This document shows positions 48,634 to 59,845 of a DNA stretch of 64,000 nt, piece after piece (position 1 is the stretch's first letter; every line of letters begins with the position of its first letter). The notes beneath the pieces were generated by a model, which worked only from the letters and a program-made list of their open reading frames with translations, did not search any database and was not told where the DNA came from. Position numbers and translations under genes: made by a program. The DNA is taken from positions 112,960 to 176,959 of the forward strand of contig JBAZOC010000001.1 in NCBI GenBank assembly GCA_041648915.1, in the 5' to 3' direction. Origin of the DNA: Candidatus Omnitrophota bacterium (GTDB lineage Bacteria > Omnitrophota > Gorgyraeia > Gygaellales > Profunditerraquicolaceae).

Positions 48634-50590
48634 TTTTTAGCTCCCTGATTTTATCCCTTAATACAGCTGCCTGTTCAAACTGCAGGTTGCGGCTGCTTAA
48701 CTCCATCTCATATTCTAGCTCAGAAATATATTTTCGCAATGCATATTCATCCCTGGCCTGGCCGGTAAGGTTTACCACAAACTCTTCTGCCTGCGCTAAG
48801 CCGGCAATGCCTTCTTTTATTGCTTTTACGATAGAACGCGCGGTAATCTTATTCCGGGCGTTAAATTCCAGCTGTAATTTTCGCCTGCGCTGGCATTCGC
48901 CAATGGCTTTGCGCATTGAGCCGGTAAGCGTATCCGCATACATAATCACCTTACCGTTGATATGGCGGCTGGCCCGGCCGGCCACCTGGATTAAGCTGGT
49001 TGCCGAGCGTAAAAATCCTTCTTTATCCGCATCCAGGATAGCGACCAGCGAGACCTCCGGCAAATCCAGGCCTTCTCTTAAAAGATTTATCCCTACCAGG
49101 CAGTCAAACTCTTTTTTTCTTAAATCCCTTAAGATTTTAGAACGTTCAATCGTCTGTATTTCAGAATGCAGGTATTTTACTTTCAGGCCCTTTTCCTGTA
49201 AATATAAAGTCAGGTCCTCAGCCATACGCTTGGTTAAGGTAGTCACCAGCACCCGCTCGCCGGTTTTAGCGCGTTTTCTCACCTCGGTAATTAAATCTTC
49301 AACCTGGTTTTCCGTTGGCCGGATTATAATTTCCGGGTCAACCAGGCCGGTAGGCCGGATAATCTGCTGGATAACTCTATTCTCGCTCTTAGCAATTTCG
49401 TATTCATTCGGGGTTGCCGAGACAAAAACGGTTTTTCGGGCTAAACTATTGAATTCTTCAAATTTTAACGGCCGATTATCTAAGCAAGACGCCAGGCGAA
49501 AGCCATAGTCTACCAGCACTTCTTTCCTGGCCCGGTCCCCTTCATACATGCTGCGTATCTGCGGCAGAGTTACGTGCGATTCATCAATGATTGTTAAAAA
49601 ATCTCCCCGGAAATAATCGATGAGCGCGTAGGGCCGAGAGCCGGCTGGCCGGCCGGACAAATGGCGCGCATAATTCTCTATCCCGTGGCAGTAACCGATC
49701 TCTTTTAACATCTCTAAGTCATACTTGGTCCTGGACTCGAGCCTCTGGGCCTCCAGTAATTTATTTTTGGATTTCAGGAAGTCCAGTTGCTTAACTAACT
49801 CTGCCCGGATTGAATCCAGGCTGGAATTAATATTATCCTGAGAAACAATGAAATGTTTGGCCGGATAGACCGCTATTTTATCCAGCGCGCCTAATACTTT
49901 ACCCGTGACAGGATGGAATTCCGAAATTTTTTCAATTAGCTCGCCCTTTAATTCCAGGCGTAAAGCTTTCTCCAGGTAAGGCGGATAGACCTCCAGTACA
50001 TCTCCCCTGACCCGCAGCTTGCCGCGGATAAATTCATAGTCGTTTCTTTCGTATTGTATATGTATAAATCTGGCGATGAGCTCATCCCGGCTTATGCTCT
50101 GGCCTCTCTCCAGCAAGATAAGCATTTCGCGGTAATTCTGCGGGTCACCCAGGTTATAAATACAGGAAACCGAAGCGACAATGATTACATCGCTGCGGCT
50201 CATTAAGGAAGTGGTGGCCGAGAGCCGCAGCCGGTCCAGCCGCTCGTTGATGGAAGAATCTTTTTCGATGTAAGTATCGGTAGAGGGAATATAGGCTTCG
50301 GGCTGGTAATAATCGTAGTAGCTGACAAAATACTCTACCGCGTTATGCGGGAAAAACTCCTGAAATTCCGCATAAAGCTGGGCAGCGAGAGTCTTATTGT
50401 GCGAGATAACTAATGTCGGCAGGTTTATCTTGGCAATGACATTGGCCAGGGTAAAAGTTTTTCCTGAGCCGGTCACCCCCAGGAGCGTGGCGTAGCGTTG
50501 TCCTGAAAGAATAGCCGCGGTTAATTCCCGGATGGCTTTAGGCTGGTCACCGCAGGGCTTATAGCTTGCAACAAGTTTAAAACCGGGCAA
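48617..50590 (-). CDS. uvrB: excinuclease ABC subunit B
   Basis: GVTGSGKTF (Walker A) and the C-terminal UVR domain are present in the 657-aa product. Confidence 0.9.
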   Translation of the reverse strand: MPGFKLVASYKPCGDQPKAIRELTAAILSGQRYATLLGVTGSGKTFTLANVIAKINLPTLVISHNKTLAAQLYAEFQEFFPHNAVEYFVSYYDYYQPEAYIPSTDTYIEKDSSINERLDRLRLSATTSLMSRSDVIIVASVSCIYNLGDPQNYREMLILLERGQSISRDELIARFIHIQYERNDYEFIRGKLRVRGDVLEVYPPYLEKALRLELKGELIEKISEFHPVTGKVLGALDKIAVYPAKHFIVSQDNINSSLDSIRAELVKQLDFLKSKNKLLEAQRLESRTKYDLEMLKEIGYCHGIENYARHLSGRPAGSRPYALIDYFRGDFLTIIDESHVTLPQIRSMYEGDRARKEVLVDYGFRLASCLDNRPLKFEEFNSLARKTVFVSATPNEYEIAKSENRVIQQIIRPTGLVDPEIIIRPTENQVEDLITEVRKRAKTGERVLVTTLTKRMAEDLTLYLQEKGLKVKYLHSEIQTIERSKILRDLRKKEFDCLVGINLLREGLDLPEVSLVAILDADKEGFLRSATSLIQVAGRASRHINGKVIMYADTLTGSMRKAIGECQRRRKLQLEFNARNKITARSIVKAIKEGIAGLAQAEEFVVNLTGQARDEYALRKYISELEYEMELSSRNLQFEQAAVLRDKIRELKSATGH

Positions 50591-50591
50591 C

Positions 50592-51473
50592 TTACTTAAC
50601 CTCTAAACTTATATCCACGGTTTTAACCGAATGCGTCAGTGCACCGATAGATATAATATCCACTCCCGTAGCGGCAAGCTTTTTTACGGAATCAAAATCC
50701 ACCCCGCCGCTGGCTTCCAGCATAGTCGGGGCATGGTGGCTCTTGAATTCGGTATGGTCGCGGATTTTTATCGCTTCTTTTATATCTTCCAGGCTCATAT
50801 TATCCAGCATGATCACATCCGGCTTAAAGTAGAGCGCGTGCTTGAATTCATCCAGATTCTGCACTTCTATTTCAATTTTAAAGCCCTTAGGCACACTGGG
50901 TAATTTTTCATAGCCTTCCGTAACCTTAATATGGTTATCTTTCATTAAGATCATTTCATCCAGGCCCATGCGGTGGTTATGGCCGCCGCCCACGCGCACG
51001 GCATATTTTTGCAATTCCCTTAATCCGGGGAGCGTCTTACGGGTATCGGTAATCTTAGCCTTATAAGGTTCGATCTGCTCTACATATTCCCGGGTCTTGG
51101 TGGCTATCCCCGAGAGCATGCTCAAGAGGTTAAGCGCGACCCTCTCTGAACTCAATATACTGGCTGCCTGGCCGGAAAGCTTAGCGATGACTTTGCCGGC
51201 CTTCACTTCCGAGCCTTCTTTGACCAACGGCTTAAATTGCACCGACGTATCGATAGCCTTAAATACTTTTTGCGCTACCTCCAGGCCGCAGATAACCGAG
51301 TTTTCCTTAACCAGGACTTCCGCGTTTATCTTTTTATCCTTGGGGATAGTCAGCTGGGTAGTAATATCTCCCCTGCCGATATCTTCGATTAAAGCGTGGC
51401 GGACGATATAATCTAATTTTTCCTGGTCAAGCTTAGGCTCTTTCTCAGAAAGAAAATGCTTATTTAAGGGCAT
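50592..51473 (-). CDS. nadC: nicotinate-nucleotide (quinolinate) pyrophosphorylase
   Basis: The QPRT family signature ...IEDIGRGDITT... is present. Confidence 0.75.
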   Translation of the reverse strand: MPLNKHFLSEKEPKLDQEKLDYIVRHALIEDIGRGDITTQLTIPKDKKINAEVLVKENSVICGLEVAQKVFKAIDTSVQFKPLVKEGSEVKAGKVIAKLSGQAASILSSERVALNLLSMLSGIATKTREYVEQIEPYKAKITDTRKTLPGLRELQKYAVRVGGGHNHRMGLDEMILMKDNHIKVTEGYEKLPSVPKGFKIEIEVQNLDEFKHALYFKPDVIMLDNMSLEDIKEAIKIRDHTEFKSHHAPTMLEASGGVDFDSVKKLAATGVDIISIGALTHSVKTVDISLEVK

Positions 51474-54138
51474 CGCGCACTCCTTTTAGTTTTTGCACCC
51501 GCTCTTTTAGGTCCTTTAACTTCTCTTTCTCTTTTTCTACAATTTCCCCAGGCGCTCTTTTTATAAAATTCTTATCTCCGAGCATTTTTTCTTTTGCCTT
51601 GATCTCTGCTTCGGCTTTATTGATTTTAGAACTTATCTTTTCTTGATGCTTCTCCCGGTCAATCACTCCGGAGAGGGGGATAACAATATGCGCATCCTTT
51701 ACCACGCTGGCAAATTCTCCGGAAGCGCGCTTATATTCGCTGAGGATAGTGAGTTGCTTTAGCCTGGCCAGAGATTTAATCTGTCCGGAAAAAGATTCCA
51801 GGGCTTCTCGCAGGTGCTTATTCGCTGTAAAAATCTTCACTGCGATATTATCCGCTTGCGGCGGGATATCTAATTCCAGGCGTATGTTCCTTATGCCCGT
51901 AATAATTTCTAAAACTTCGGCCATTATTTTTTCGCTCTTTAAATCAATAATATCCTCCTGGATATGCGGCCAGGATTGGGTCATAATACTCTCTTCAGGG
52001 GCAGTCCGCGCAGGGGATTGTTCCGGGATGTGTAATTTCTGCCAAAGCTCTTCGGTAATAAAAGGCATAAAAGGATGCGCGGCCCTTAAGGATTTTTCCA
52101 GTATTTTGTGCATCACCAGCTGGTTATGCGGATTTTTAATGTCCGCCTTGATTATCTCCAGGTACCAGTCGCAAAACTCATGCCAGAAAAACCCGTAAAG
52201 CAGGTTTGCCGCTTCATTGAACTGGTAACGCTCTAAGTTCTTCCCTACCTCCTTAAGCGTAGAATAAAACCTGCTGAGTATCCAGCGGTTAACCAGACTT
52301 AGCTCTTCTTTCTTAAAGAATACGCACAGGTCGGTTTTTGTTCTTGAGGCATCTAGATTCATTAAGATAAACCTGGAGGCGTTCCAGATTTTATTGCAAA
52401 AATTCCTGCCCTGTTCAAACCTCTCTTTGGACAAAAATACATCCTGGCCCTGGGCGGTAATGGCGATAAGGCTAAAGCGTAAAGCATCCGCGCCGTATTC
52501 ATCAATGATCTCTAAGGGGTCGATTATATTCCCTAAGGACTTGGACATCTTCTTTCCTTCTATATCGCGCACTGTGCCGTGGATATAAACATCCTTAAAA
52601 GGAATATCCTTTTGGAATTCCAGGCCAGCCATAATCATGCGCGCTACCCAGAAGAATATAATTTCCGGAGCGGTCACCAGCGTTGAGGTAGGATAGAAAT
52701 ATTGCAGCTCTTCTTTGCTGCGCGCCTCATCTGGCCAATAGAAAGTAGCAAAAGGCCAGAGCCAGGAAGAAAACCAGGTATCTAATACGTCTTCATCCTG
52801 TTTGATGTTTGCCGAACCGCATTTAAGGCACTTTACCGGTGCCTCTACGCTCGCCATAGCCACATTTTTACAATCTGAACAATACCATATCGGAATACGG
52901 TGGCCCCACCAGATTTGCCGCGAGATACACCAGTCCTGGATATTCTCCATCCAGTTAAGGTAAACCTTGGTCCAGCGTTGAGGGTGGAATTTAATTTTAC
53001 CTTTTTTAACCGCTTCAATTGCCGGCTTAGCTAAAGAGTCCATCCGGACAAACCACTGCCGGGATAAATACGGTTCAATAATGGTATGGCAGCGGTAACA
53101 ATGCCCGGCGCTTAAAGGATGCGGCTCCACTTTCTCCAGCAACCCTTTTTCTTTTAAATCCTCCAGGATTACTTCCCTGGCTTCCAGCCTATCCATATCC
53201 TGATAATCCCCGGCATTTGCATTCATCTTGCCGTCAGGATACAGGATATTGATAAATTCTAAACAATGTTTTTTGCCCAAGGCATAGTCATTAGGGTCAT
53301 GGCTGGGAGTCACCTTGACTGCGCCGGTTCCGAATTTCATATCCACCATTACATCGGAAATAATTTTTATTTCCCGGTTGATTAAGGGTAAGCTTAAGGT
53401 TTTTCCGATTAGCTTTTTATAACGTTTATCTTTGGGGTTAACCGCAACCGCGGTGTCCCCAAGCATAGTCTCCGGCCGGGTCGTCGCTACGACGATAAAT
53501 TCATCGGGATTATCCTTTAAGGGATATTTTAAATAATAGAGGTTTCCCTGAAGTTCGCGGTGGGGCGCTTCTTCGTCGGAAAGCGCGGTCTGGCAGCGCG
53601 GGCACCAGTTAATGATTTTATCGTCTTGATAAACCAGTCCCTTTTTCCAAAGAGCAACAAAGGCATTTCTTACTGCTTGGGAATAATCTGTGTCCATAGT
53701 GAAGCGTTCGCGCGACCAATCACAAGAAGCCCCCATTTTTTTAAGCTGGTGGATAATGGTTGAGCCGTAGAGTTCCTTCCATTGCCAGATTCGTTCAATG
53801 AATTTATCCCGGCCCAGGTCCTGACGTTTTAGCCCTTCTTTAGCTATTGCTTTTTCTACCACATTTTGCGTGGCTATCCCGGCATGGTCAGTCCCGGGCA
53901 TCCAGAGCGCCTCCAGGCCTCTCATGCGCTGGTAACGGATAAGTATATCCTGAAGCGTATTATTTAAGGCATGGCCCATATGTAAAATACCGGTTACATT
54001 GGGCGGAGGGATAGTTATAGTGTAGGGTTTTTTATCCGGATTTACTTTTGCGCTGAATAACTTATGCTCTTCCCAAAATTTATACCACTTATCTTCAGCA
54101 TCTTTGGGGTTATATTGCTTAGGGATTTCATCTAGCAT
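51460..54138 (-). CDS. valS: valine--tRNA ligase
   Basis: PPPNVTGILHMGHAL (HIGH) and KMSKS are present, with a C-terminal coiled coil, in the 892-aa product. Confidence 0.9.
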   Translation of the reverse strand: MLDEIPKQYNPKDAEDKWYKFWEEHKLFSAKVNPDKKPYTITIPPPNVTGILHMGHALNNTLQDILIRYQRMRGLEALWMPGTDHAGIATQNVVEKAIAKEGLKRQDLGRDKFIERIWQWKELYGSTIIHQLKKMGASCDWSRERFTMDTDYSQAVRNAFVALWKKGLVYQDDKIINWCPRCQTALSDEEAPHRELQGNLYYLKYPLKDNPDEFIVVATTRPETMLGDTAVAVNPKDKRYKKLIGKTLSLPLINREIKIISDVMVDMKFGTGAVKVTPSHDPNDYALGKKHCLEFINILYPDGKMNANAGDYQDMDRLEAREVILEDLKEKGLLEKVEPHPLSAGHCYRCHTIIEPYLSRQWFVRMDSLAKPAIEAVKKGKIKFHPQRWTKVYLNWMENIQDWCISRQIWWGHRIPIWYCSDCKNVAMASVEAPVKCLKCGSANIKQDEDVLDTWFSSWLWPFATFYWPDEARSKEELQYFYPTSTLVTAPEIIFFWVARMIMAGLEFQKDIPFKDVYIHGTVRDIEGKKMSKSLGNIIDPLEIIDEYGADALRFSLIAITAQGQDVFLSKERFEQGRNFCNKIWNASRFILMNLDASRTKTDLCVFFKKEELSLVNRWILSRFYSTLKEVGKNLERYQFNEAANLLYGFFWHEFCDWYLEIIKADIKNPHNQLVMHKILEKSLRAAHPFMPFITEELWQKLHIPEQSPARTAPEESIMTQSWPHIQEDIIDLKSEKIMAEVLEIITGIRNIRLELDIPPQADNIAVKIFTANKHLREALESFSGQIKSLARLKQLTILSEYKRASGEFASVVKDAHIVIPLSGVIDREKHQEKISSKINKAEAEIKAKEKMLGDKNFIKRAPGEIVEKEKEKLKDLKERVQKLKGVRDALK

Positions 54139-55709
54139 TTCACGTTATCTTTTAAAAGTTTGTATTCTACGCTGTCAACCAGGGCCTGCCAGCTGGCTTC
54201 AATGATATTTTCCGAGACGCCGATGGTGTTCCAGGAGTTTAATCCATCCTGCGACTGGATCAAGACCCTGACTCGGGCCGCTGTCCCGGCTTTTTCATCC
54301 AATACGCGTACCTTAAAGTCCGAGAGGCGCATTTTAGCCAGCGTCGGATAGAAATCTTTTAAGGCCTTACGCAAGGCATTGTCCAGGGCATTGACCGGGC
54401 CGTCGCCGTCTGCGGCAGTATGTTCTTTGATGCCCCTGACCTTAAGCCGGATAATCGCTTCAGTGGTGACCTTATTATTTGTTTTCTTTTCAATGACCAC
54501 GCGGAACCCCTCCAAATCAAAAAATTTCTTGTATTTTTTGAAGGCGCGTTTCATTAAAAGTTCAAAAGAGCCCTCGGCTGCCTCAAAGTGATATCCTGCA
54601 TGCTCCAGTTTTTGGATTGATTTCAGGATCTTTTTGGCCTTAGCGTCTCCTTTGTTCAGGTCCAGATCTAATTCTCTGGCCCGGATTAAAACCCCTGTTT
54701 TACCGGCCAACTCTGAAACCAGGATCCGGCGGTGGTTACCGACGAGAACCGGGTCAATATGCTCATAAGTCCTCGGGTTTTTCATGATTGCATTGATATG
54801 CATCCCGCCCTTATGCGCGAAGCTGGATTCTCCGGTGTAAGGCTGGTCTGCGCGTTGTTTTATATTGCTGATTTCGCTGACAAAATGTGAAACATGGGTC
54901 AATTCCCTCAATTTATCATCCGGAAGGCAGTTAATGCCCATTTTTAATTCCAGGTTGGCGATGATCGGGATCAGGTCCGCGTTCCCGCAGCGCTCGCCGA
55001 TACCGTTAATTGTCCCCTGGACCATATCGCATCCCGCTTCCACCGCAACCAGGGAATTAGCTACGGCCAGGCCAGCATCATTATGGCAATGGATACCTAA
55101 GCTAACGTGGATCTTGCTTTTTATCTCTGCGATAATCCGGGAAATTTCCGAAGTTAATGCCCCGCCGTTCGTGTCGCACAGGCAAATCGCGCGTGCGCCG
55201 GCATCCTGCGCGGCAAGCAGCGTCTTTAAGGCGTAACCCTGATTGGACCTATAGGCATCAAAGAAATGTTCGGCATCGTAAAAAACAGTTAAGCCTTTAG
55301 AAACCAGGAAACTGACCGTATCGCTGATCATTTCCAGGTTTTCGCTAAGCGTAGCCTTTAAAACATCCGTAACGTGTAAATCCCAGGTTTTACCCACAAT
55401 AGTAATAATTTTCGCCTGGGACTTAACTAGGGATTTTATATTCGCATCAAGGCTCGCCCTGGTATTTATGCGGCGCGTCATACTAAAAGCGGTAAGCTGG
55501 CTGTTCTTGAGTTTTAGCTTGGACATCTTCAGGTAGAACTCCATATCTTTGGGGTTTGCGCCGGGCCAGCCTCCTTCAATGTATTGAATACCCAGCCTAT
55601 CCAGCTCTCTGGCAATATTCACCTTATCCATCACCGAATAAGAGATACCTTCGCCCTGGGCACCGTCGCGTAAAGTTGTATCATAGAGTTTTACTTTAGG
55701 CATATTCAA
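54132..55709 (-). CDS. cimA: (R)-citramalate synthase / 2-isopropylmalate synthase family (CimA-type)
   Basis: VKLYDTTLRDGAQGEGISYSV...IEGGWPGANPKDMEFY matches Geobacter-type CimA as I recall it. A LeuA-dimer regulatory domain is present. Confidence 0.7.
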   Translation of the reverse strand: MNMPKVKLYDTTLRDGAQGEGISYSVMDKVNIARELDRLGIQYIEGGWPGANPKDMEFYLKMSKLKLKNSQLTAFSMTRRINTRASLDANIKSLVKSQAKIITIVGKTWDLHVTDVLKATLSENLEMISDTVSFLVSKGLTVFYDAEHFFDAYRSNQGYALKTLLAAQDAGARAICLCDTNGGALTSEISRIIAEIKSKIHVSLGIHCHNDAGLAVANSLVAVEAGCDMVQGTINGIGERCGNADLIPIIANLELKMGINCLPDDKLRELTHVSHFVSEISNIKQRADQPYTGESSFAHKGGMHINAIMKNPRTYEHIDPVLVGNHRRILVSELAGKTGVLIRARELDLDLNKGDAKAKKILKSIQKLEHAGYHFEAAEGSFELLMKRAFKKYKKFFDLEGFRVVIEKKTNNKVTTEAIIRLKVRGIKEHTAADGDGPVNALDNALRKALKDFYPTLAKMRLSDFKVRVLDEKAGTAARVRVLIQSQDGLNSWNTIGVSENIIEASWQALVDSVEYKLLKDNVKC

Positions 55710-55714
55710 CCTCT

Positions 55715-56935
55715 TTATTTTCCTAACCCGAATTTTTCATGCAGCGACCTGAGCGCTGTTTCGGCAAACTTTTTTTGGATTATACAGGATATGCTTATTT
55801 CAGAAGTAGAAATCATCTCAATATTTATTTTTTTATCGGCTAAGACTTCAAACATCTTGGCGGCTACGCCGGGATGGGATTTCATACCCACACCGACAAT
55901 AGAAACGCGCGCTATAGCGTTATCCTCCAAGACTTCCCCCGCGCCGATTCCCTTAGAGACTCTTTTGGTTATTTTGAGCGTCTTAGGCGCCGCGGCCTTA
56001 CTGACGGTAAAAGATATATCTGTTGAACGTAGGTGGCTGACGTTCTGCACAATCATATCCACGCTTACTCCGCAAGATGCCAGTTCATTGAATATCCTGG
56101 CAGCTACCCCGGGGCGGTCAGGGACATCACAAACAGTAATTTTAGACTCGCCTTTATTTAAGGTTATGGCTGAGACTACCACATCTTCCATGTTTTTAAC
56201 CTCCTTAATAATCAAGGTTCCGGTTGTGTTTTCAAAGCTTGAACGTACATGTATCGGGACGTCAAATTTTTTAGCTACCTCGATAGAGCGCGCCTGCATT
56301 ACCTGGGCGCCGAGAGAAGCCATCTCCAGCATCTCATCATAGGTAAGCGCCGCTATCTTTCTTGCCTTTGGCTCAATCCTCGGGTCAGTAGTATAAATGC
56401 CTTTTACGTCGGTATAAATCTCGCAGGCATCCGCTTTTAGCTCTTTAGCCAGGGCAACGGCAGTTAAGTCCGAGCCGCCGCGGCCTAAAGTAGTAATATC
56501 CTGGTTCAAGGTCACGCCCTGGAAACCGGCGACAATAACGATTCTACCTTGTTTTAAAGCCTCTTTAATTTTATCGGCGTTTATCTTTATGATCCTGGCG
56601 CGGGTATGGCTGGTGTCGGTAATAATGCCCACCTGGGCCCCGGTAAAAGATATAGCCTCAAAACCTAATTTATGGATTGCCATAGCCAGGAGCGCGACGG
56701 AAATTTGCTCTCCCGTAGATAGTAGCATATCCATTTCGCGTTCAGAAGGCTCGGGGTTTATTTTATCCGCCAGTTCAATCAATTCATCGGTGGTGTCGCC
56801 TAAAGCCGAGACGACGACTACCAGGTCGTGCCCTTTTTTTCTATAGCTGACTACTCTCTGGGCCACGCACTGTATCCTTGCAACATCGGCCACCGAAGAG
56901 CCGCCGAACTTCTGCACAATCAACTGTTTGCCCAT
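55715..56935 (-). CDS. lysC: aspartate kinase
   Basis: VQKFGGSSV and C-terminal ACT domains are present. Confidence 0.85.
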   Translation of the reverse strand: MGKQLIVQKFGGSSVADVARIQCVAQRVVSYRKKGHDLVVVVSALGDTTDELIELADKINPEPSEREMDMLLSTGEQISVALLAMAIHKLGFEAISFTGAQVGIITDTSHTRARIIKINADKIKEALKQGRIVIVAGFQGVTLNQDITTLGRGGSDLTAVALAKELKADACEIYTDVKGIYTTDPRIEPKARKIAALTYDEMLEMASLGAQVMQARSIEVAKKFDVPIHVRSSFENTTGTLIIKEVKNMEDVVVSAITLNKGESKITVCDVPDRPGVAARIFNELASCGVSVDMIVQNVSHLRSTDISFTVSKAAAPKTLKITKRVSKGIGAGEVLEDNAIARVSIVGVGMKSHPGVAAKMFEVLADKKINIEMISTSEISISCIIQKKFAETALRSLHEKFGLGK

Positions 56936-56959
56936 TTCTTATTTCTCTCCTTTAAAAAA

Positions 56960-58162
56960 CTAGCTCGCGTCTTTAATGAAATAGCCCATTAATTCATGAC
57001 CTTTATCAAAATAAAGATCGGATTTTAGGGCCTCTTTCTCGCTGTAATTTAAAAACCCCCTGGCGATGATATCCTGTCCGAATATGCCGAAAGGCACAGG
57101 GTCAGCGGTATGCGTTTTGAGTGCGACCGGAGTAGCATGGTCCGGCAGGACTAAAATCCTGGCATTACGTTTTCCCTTAAATGCTTTTAATATGCTGCCC
57201 AAAACCAGCTGGTCGAACCTTTCAATGGCCATAATTTTTTCCCTGAGGTCTCCGTTATGCCCTGCCTCATCAGCCGCTTCCACATGCACGAATACAAAAT
57301 CATCCTTTTCCAGTAATCTTAGCGCAGCCCGGGCCTTAGCTTTATAGTCAGTATCGTAATAGCCGGTTGCCCCGGGGACATTAATGACTTCCAGCCCCAG
57401 GAGCCTGCCCAGGCCTTTAATCAGGTCCACGGCCGAAATAACACTGCCGGTTAAATTAAACTTATCGTTGAATTTCGGCATTGCCGGTTTTTTCCCCTGG
57501 CCCCAGAGCCAGAGCATATTCGCCGGATTTTCTTTTAAATCAATGCGTACGAGGTTTATTTCATGTTTGCTTAAAATATTACGCGACTCTTCTATCAGCT
57601 TAATCAGGATATCCGCGCCGTCCCCTTTAGGTAAGTTTCTGGCAATGCTTTTGCCGGTAATGTCATGCGGCGCCCGGCAGCGGAGAGCTTCAAGGTGCTC
57701 TTCGGCGCCGCGCTTGATTACCATCAGGTGCCGGTAGCTTACTCCGGGATAAAATTTAATACGGTTGGTTCCTAGGTGCCGGTCGATAAATTTAATCAGG
57801 ATGGCCGCTTCTTTCGTACTGATATGCCCGGCGCTGTAATCCGTGAGCGTATCCGCGGATGTAGTCACCAGGTTACAACGAAAAGCTACATCGTCGTCTT
57901 CCAGTTCTACGCCCAGGTTGGCTGCCTCCAGCGGCCCCCTGCCGCTGTAATATTTTTTAGGATCATAACCGAAGATGCTCATTTGAGCTACGTCTGAACC
58001 CGGGATAAAACCAGCGGGTACGGTCTTGACCCTCCCCAGCCTGCCGTGCCTGGCAATGAAATCCAGGTTTGGGGTTTTTGCCGCTTCCAGGGGCGTGCGT
58101 TCGCCTAACTCCGGAAGGGGGTAATCACTCATTCCGTCACAGACTAAGACAATATATTTCAT
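56960..58162 (-). CDS. cofactor-independent phosphoglycerate mutase, archaeal-type (ApgM/COG3635); by context a candidate non-orthologous homoserine kinase
   Basis: [15 protein letters not shown]...TPNLD matches the ApgM family along its length. The gene lies between lysC and thrC-hom, and the window contains no GHMP-type thrB. Confidence 0.65.
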   Translation of the reverse strand: MKYIVLVCDGMSDYPLPELGERTPLEAAKTPNLDFIARHGRLGRVKTVPAGFIPGSDVAQMSIFGYDPKKYYSGRGPLEAANLGVELEDDDVAFRCNLVTTSADTLTDYSAGHISTKEAAILIKFIDRHLGTNRIKFYPGVSYRHLMVIKRGAEEHLEALRCRAPHDITGKSIARNLPKGDGADILIKLIEESRNILSKHEINLVRIDLKENPANMLWLWGQGKKPAMPKFNDKFNLTGSVISAVDLIKGLGRLLGLEVINVPGATGYYDTDYKAKARAALRLLEKDDFVFVHVEAADEAGHNGDLREKIMAIERFDQLVLGSILKAFKGKRNARILVLPDHATPVALKTHTADPVPFGIFGQDIIARGFLNYSEKEALKSDLYFDKGHELMGYFIKDAS

Positions 58163-58794
58163 ATTAGGTTAACTAGCTTTTTAACCATGCTTTGTTTGGA
58201 AAAAAATGGGCCAGCATGTTTTTCCGCGCTTATTAAATACGCGCTATATTTTTTTTTGTAGATACTGTTAGCTACTATCAAATCTAGACCGGCCCTCTGC
58301 ATAAGGCGGTTTGCTTTTGCGAGCAGTTTATTTTTTTGTGAATCCGGCTCAAACTTAAAACCGATTAAAAAAGAACCCGGGCTTGCCTTACGCAGAGAAT
58401 CAATTATCTTAGGGGTGGGCTTAAGGTTTAACCTGAGGGTCTTAAGCCCGGAGCTTATCTTCTTACGCCTGCCCGGGCCGCTCGGCGCATAATCCGCGAC
58501 TGCGGCAGAATGGATTATGACAGCATAGCGTTTTTTCTTTAGTTCATTTTTTAACAAAGAGCGCAACTCGTCAAAGAACCTAAAATTTATAACCCTTACG
58601 GAATTATTTTTATAAGCGGCCTTGACCGGCCCGAGCATAAGCGTAACCCTGGCGCCCCTGCCTGCCAATGCCTGCGCTAATAAAATTCCGGTTTCGCCGC
58701 TTGCGGTGTTACTGATTACCCTGACCGCATCTAGAGGGGCCCAGGTGGGCCCGGCGGTGATTAAAATTCTTTTGCCGCGTAGATTAGTAGCCAA
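58159..58794 (-). CDS. coaB: phosphopantothenate--cysteine ligase (stand-alone CoaB domain)
   Basis: [29 protein letters not shown] is the CoaB motif. There is no CoaC flavoprotein domain. Confidence 0.7.
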   Translation of the reverse strand: MATNLRGKRILITAGPTWAPLDAVRVISNTASGETGILLAQALAGRGARVTLMLGPVKAAYKNNSVRVINFRFFDELRSLLKNELKKKRYAVIIHSAAVADYAPSGPGRRKKISSGLKTLRLNLKPTPKIIDSLRKASPGSFLIGFKFEPDSQKNKLLAKANRLMQRAGLDLIVANSIYKKKYSAYLISAEKHAGPFFSKQSMVKKLVNLI

Positions 58795-59845
58795 TCTCTT
58801 TAAGTAGCGCCTTTATCTCCGGCTTGATTAATTTTGGTTTTTTGATGCTCTTTATTGCCCTATCCGGGTCCTTTAAGCCGTGCCCGGTTAATATACAGGT
58901 TATTTTTACCGGCCCCGTATTTTCAAAGTAACCGTTTTCATTGAGCTTGATTAATCCGGCAACCGATGCCGCCGAGGCCGGCTCAACAAATACTCCATCA
59001 CCGGCAGCCAGCATTTTATAGGCTTGCAGGATTTCTTTGTCCGAGACCATAGCAATCAGTCCGCCGGACTCATCCCTAGCCTCTTCCGCTTGCTTCCAGC
59101 TCGCCGGATTACCGATACGGATAGCGGTAGCGAGCGTCTCGGGGTTCTTGATCGGATGGCCCCTGACGATAGGAGCAGCGCCTTCTGCCTGAAACCCCAG
59201 CATCTTGGGTAATTTTTTAGAGATGCCCGCTTTGCGGTATTCTTTATACCCTTTCCAGTAAGCGGTAATATTTCCAGCATTGCCTACGGGCATAACCTGT
59301 AAATCCGGGGCTTCGCCCAAAAAATCGCAAATTTCAAAACTTGCGGTTTTCTGGCCTTCAATACGGTAAGGGTTAAGTGAATTTACCAGGGTAAGCGGGT
59401 ATCTAGCGGAGATTTCCCTTACCAAATTTAAAGCGTCGTCAAAATTGCCTTTGACCGCTAAAACTTGCGCGCCGTGTATCAGCGCCTGGCTTAATTTACC
59501 CAGGGCAATTGCCCCGCTGGGTATAAGCACTATGCATTTTATTCTGGCCCGGGCAGCATAGGCTGCTGCCGAAGCCGAGGTATTTCCGGTTGAAGCGCAG
59601 ATTACTGCGTTTGAGCCTTCCTCACAGGCTTTAGATATAGCCAGAGTCATGCCCCGGTCCTTAAAAGACCCGGTAGGATTAAGGCCCTCATATTTTAAAT
59701 AGACCTCAAAGCCGCTTCCTAAGAGCCTGCTTAAATGGCCGGAATAAATTAGAGGAGTGTTTCCTTCGTTCAGAGTGATCACCGGAGTTTTCTCTGTTAC
59801 CGGAAGATATTTTTTATACCTGTCTATTATCCCCTGGTATTTCAC
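58784..59845 (-). CDS. thrC: threonine synthase
   Basis: The PLP-lysine motif reads [10 protein letters not shown], in a 353-aa product. Confidence 0.85.
   Translation of the reverse strand: MKYQGIIDRYKKYLPVTEKTPVITLNEGNTPLIYSGHLSRLLGSGFEVYLKYEGLNPTGSFKDRGMTLAISKACEEGSNAVICASTGNTSASAAAYAARARIKCIVLIPSGAIALGKLSQALIHGAQVLAVKGNFDDALNLVREISARYPLTLVNSLNPYRIEGQKTASFEICDFLGEAPDLQVMPVGNAGNITAYWKGYKEYRKAGISKKLPKMLGFQAEGAAPIVRGHPIKNPETLATAIRIGNPASWKQAEEARDESGGLIAMVSDKEILQAYKMLAAGDGVFVEPASAASVAGLIKLNENGYFENTGPVKITCILTGHGLKDPDRAIKSIKKPKLIKPEIKALLKEIGY

Noticed and set aside
48687-49508. A 273-aa + strand ORF
   Set aside because: It is antisense to uvrB. Its composition is low-complexity (Ser/Arg/Ile-rich), and UvrB conservation on the opposite strand explains the open frame.
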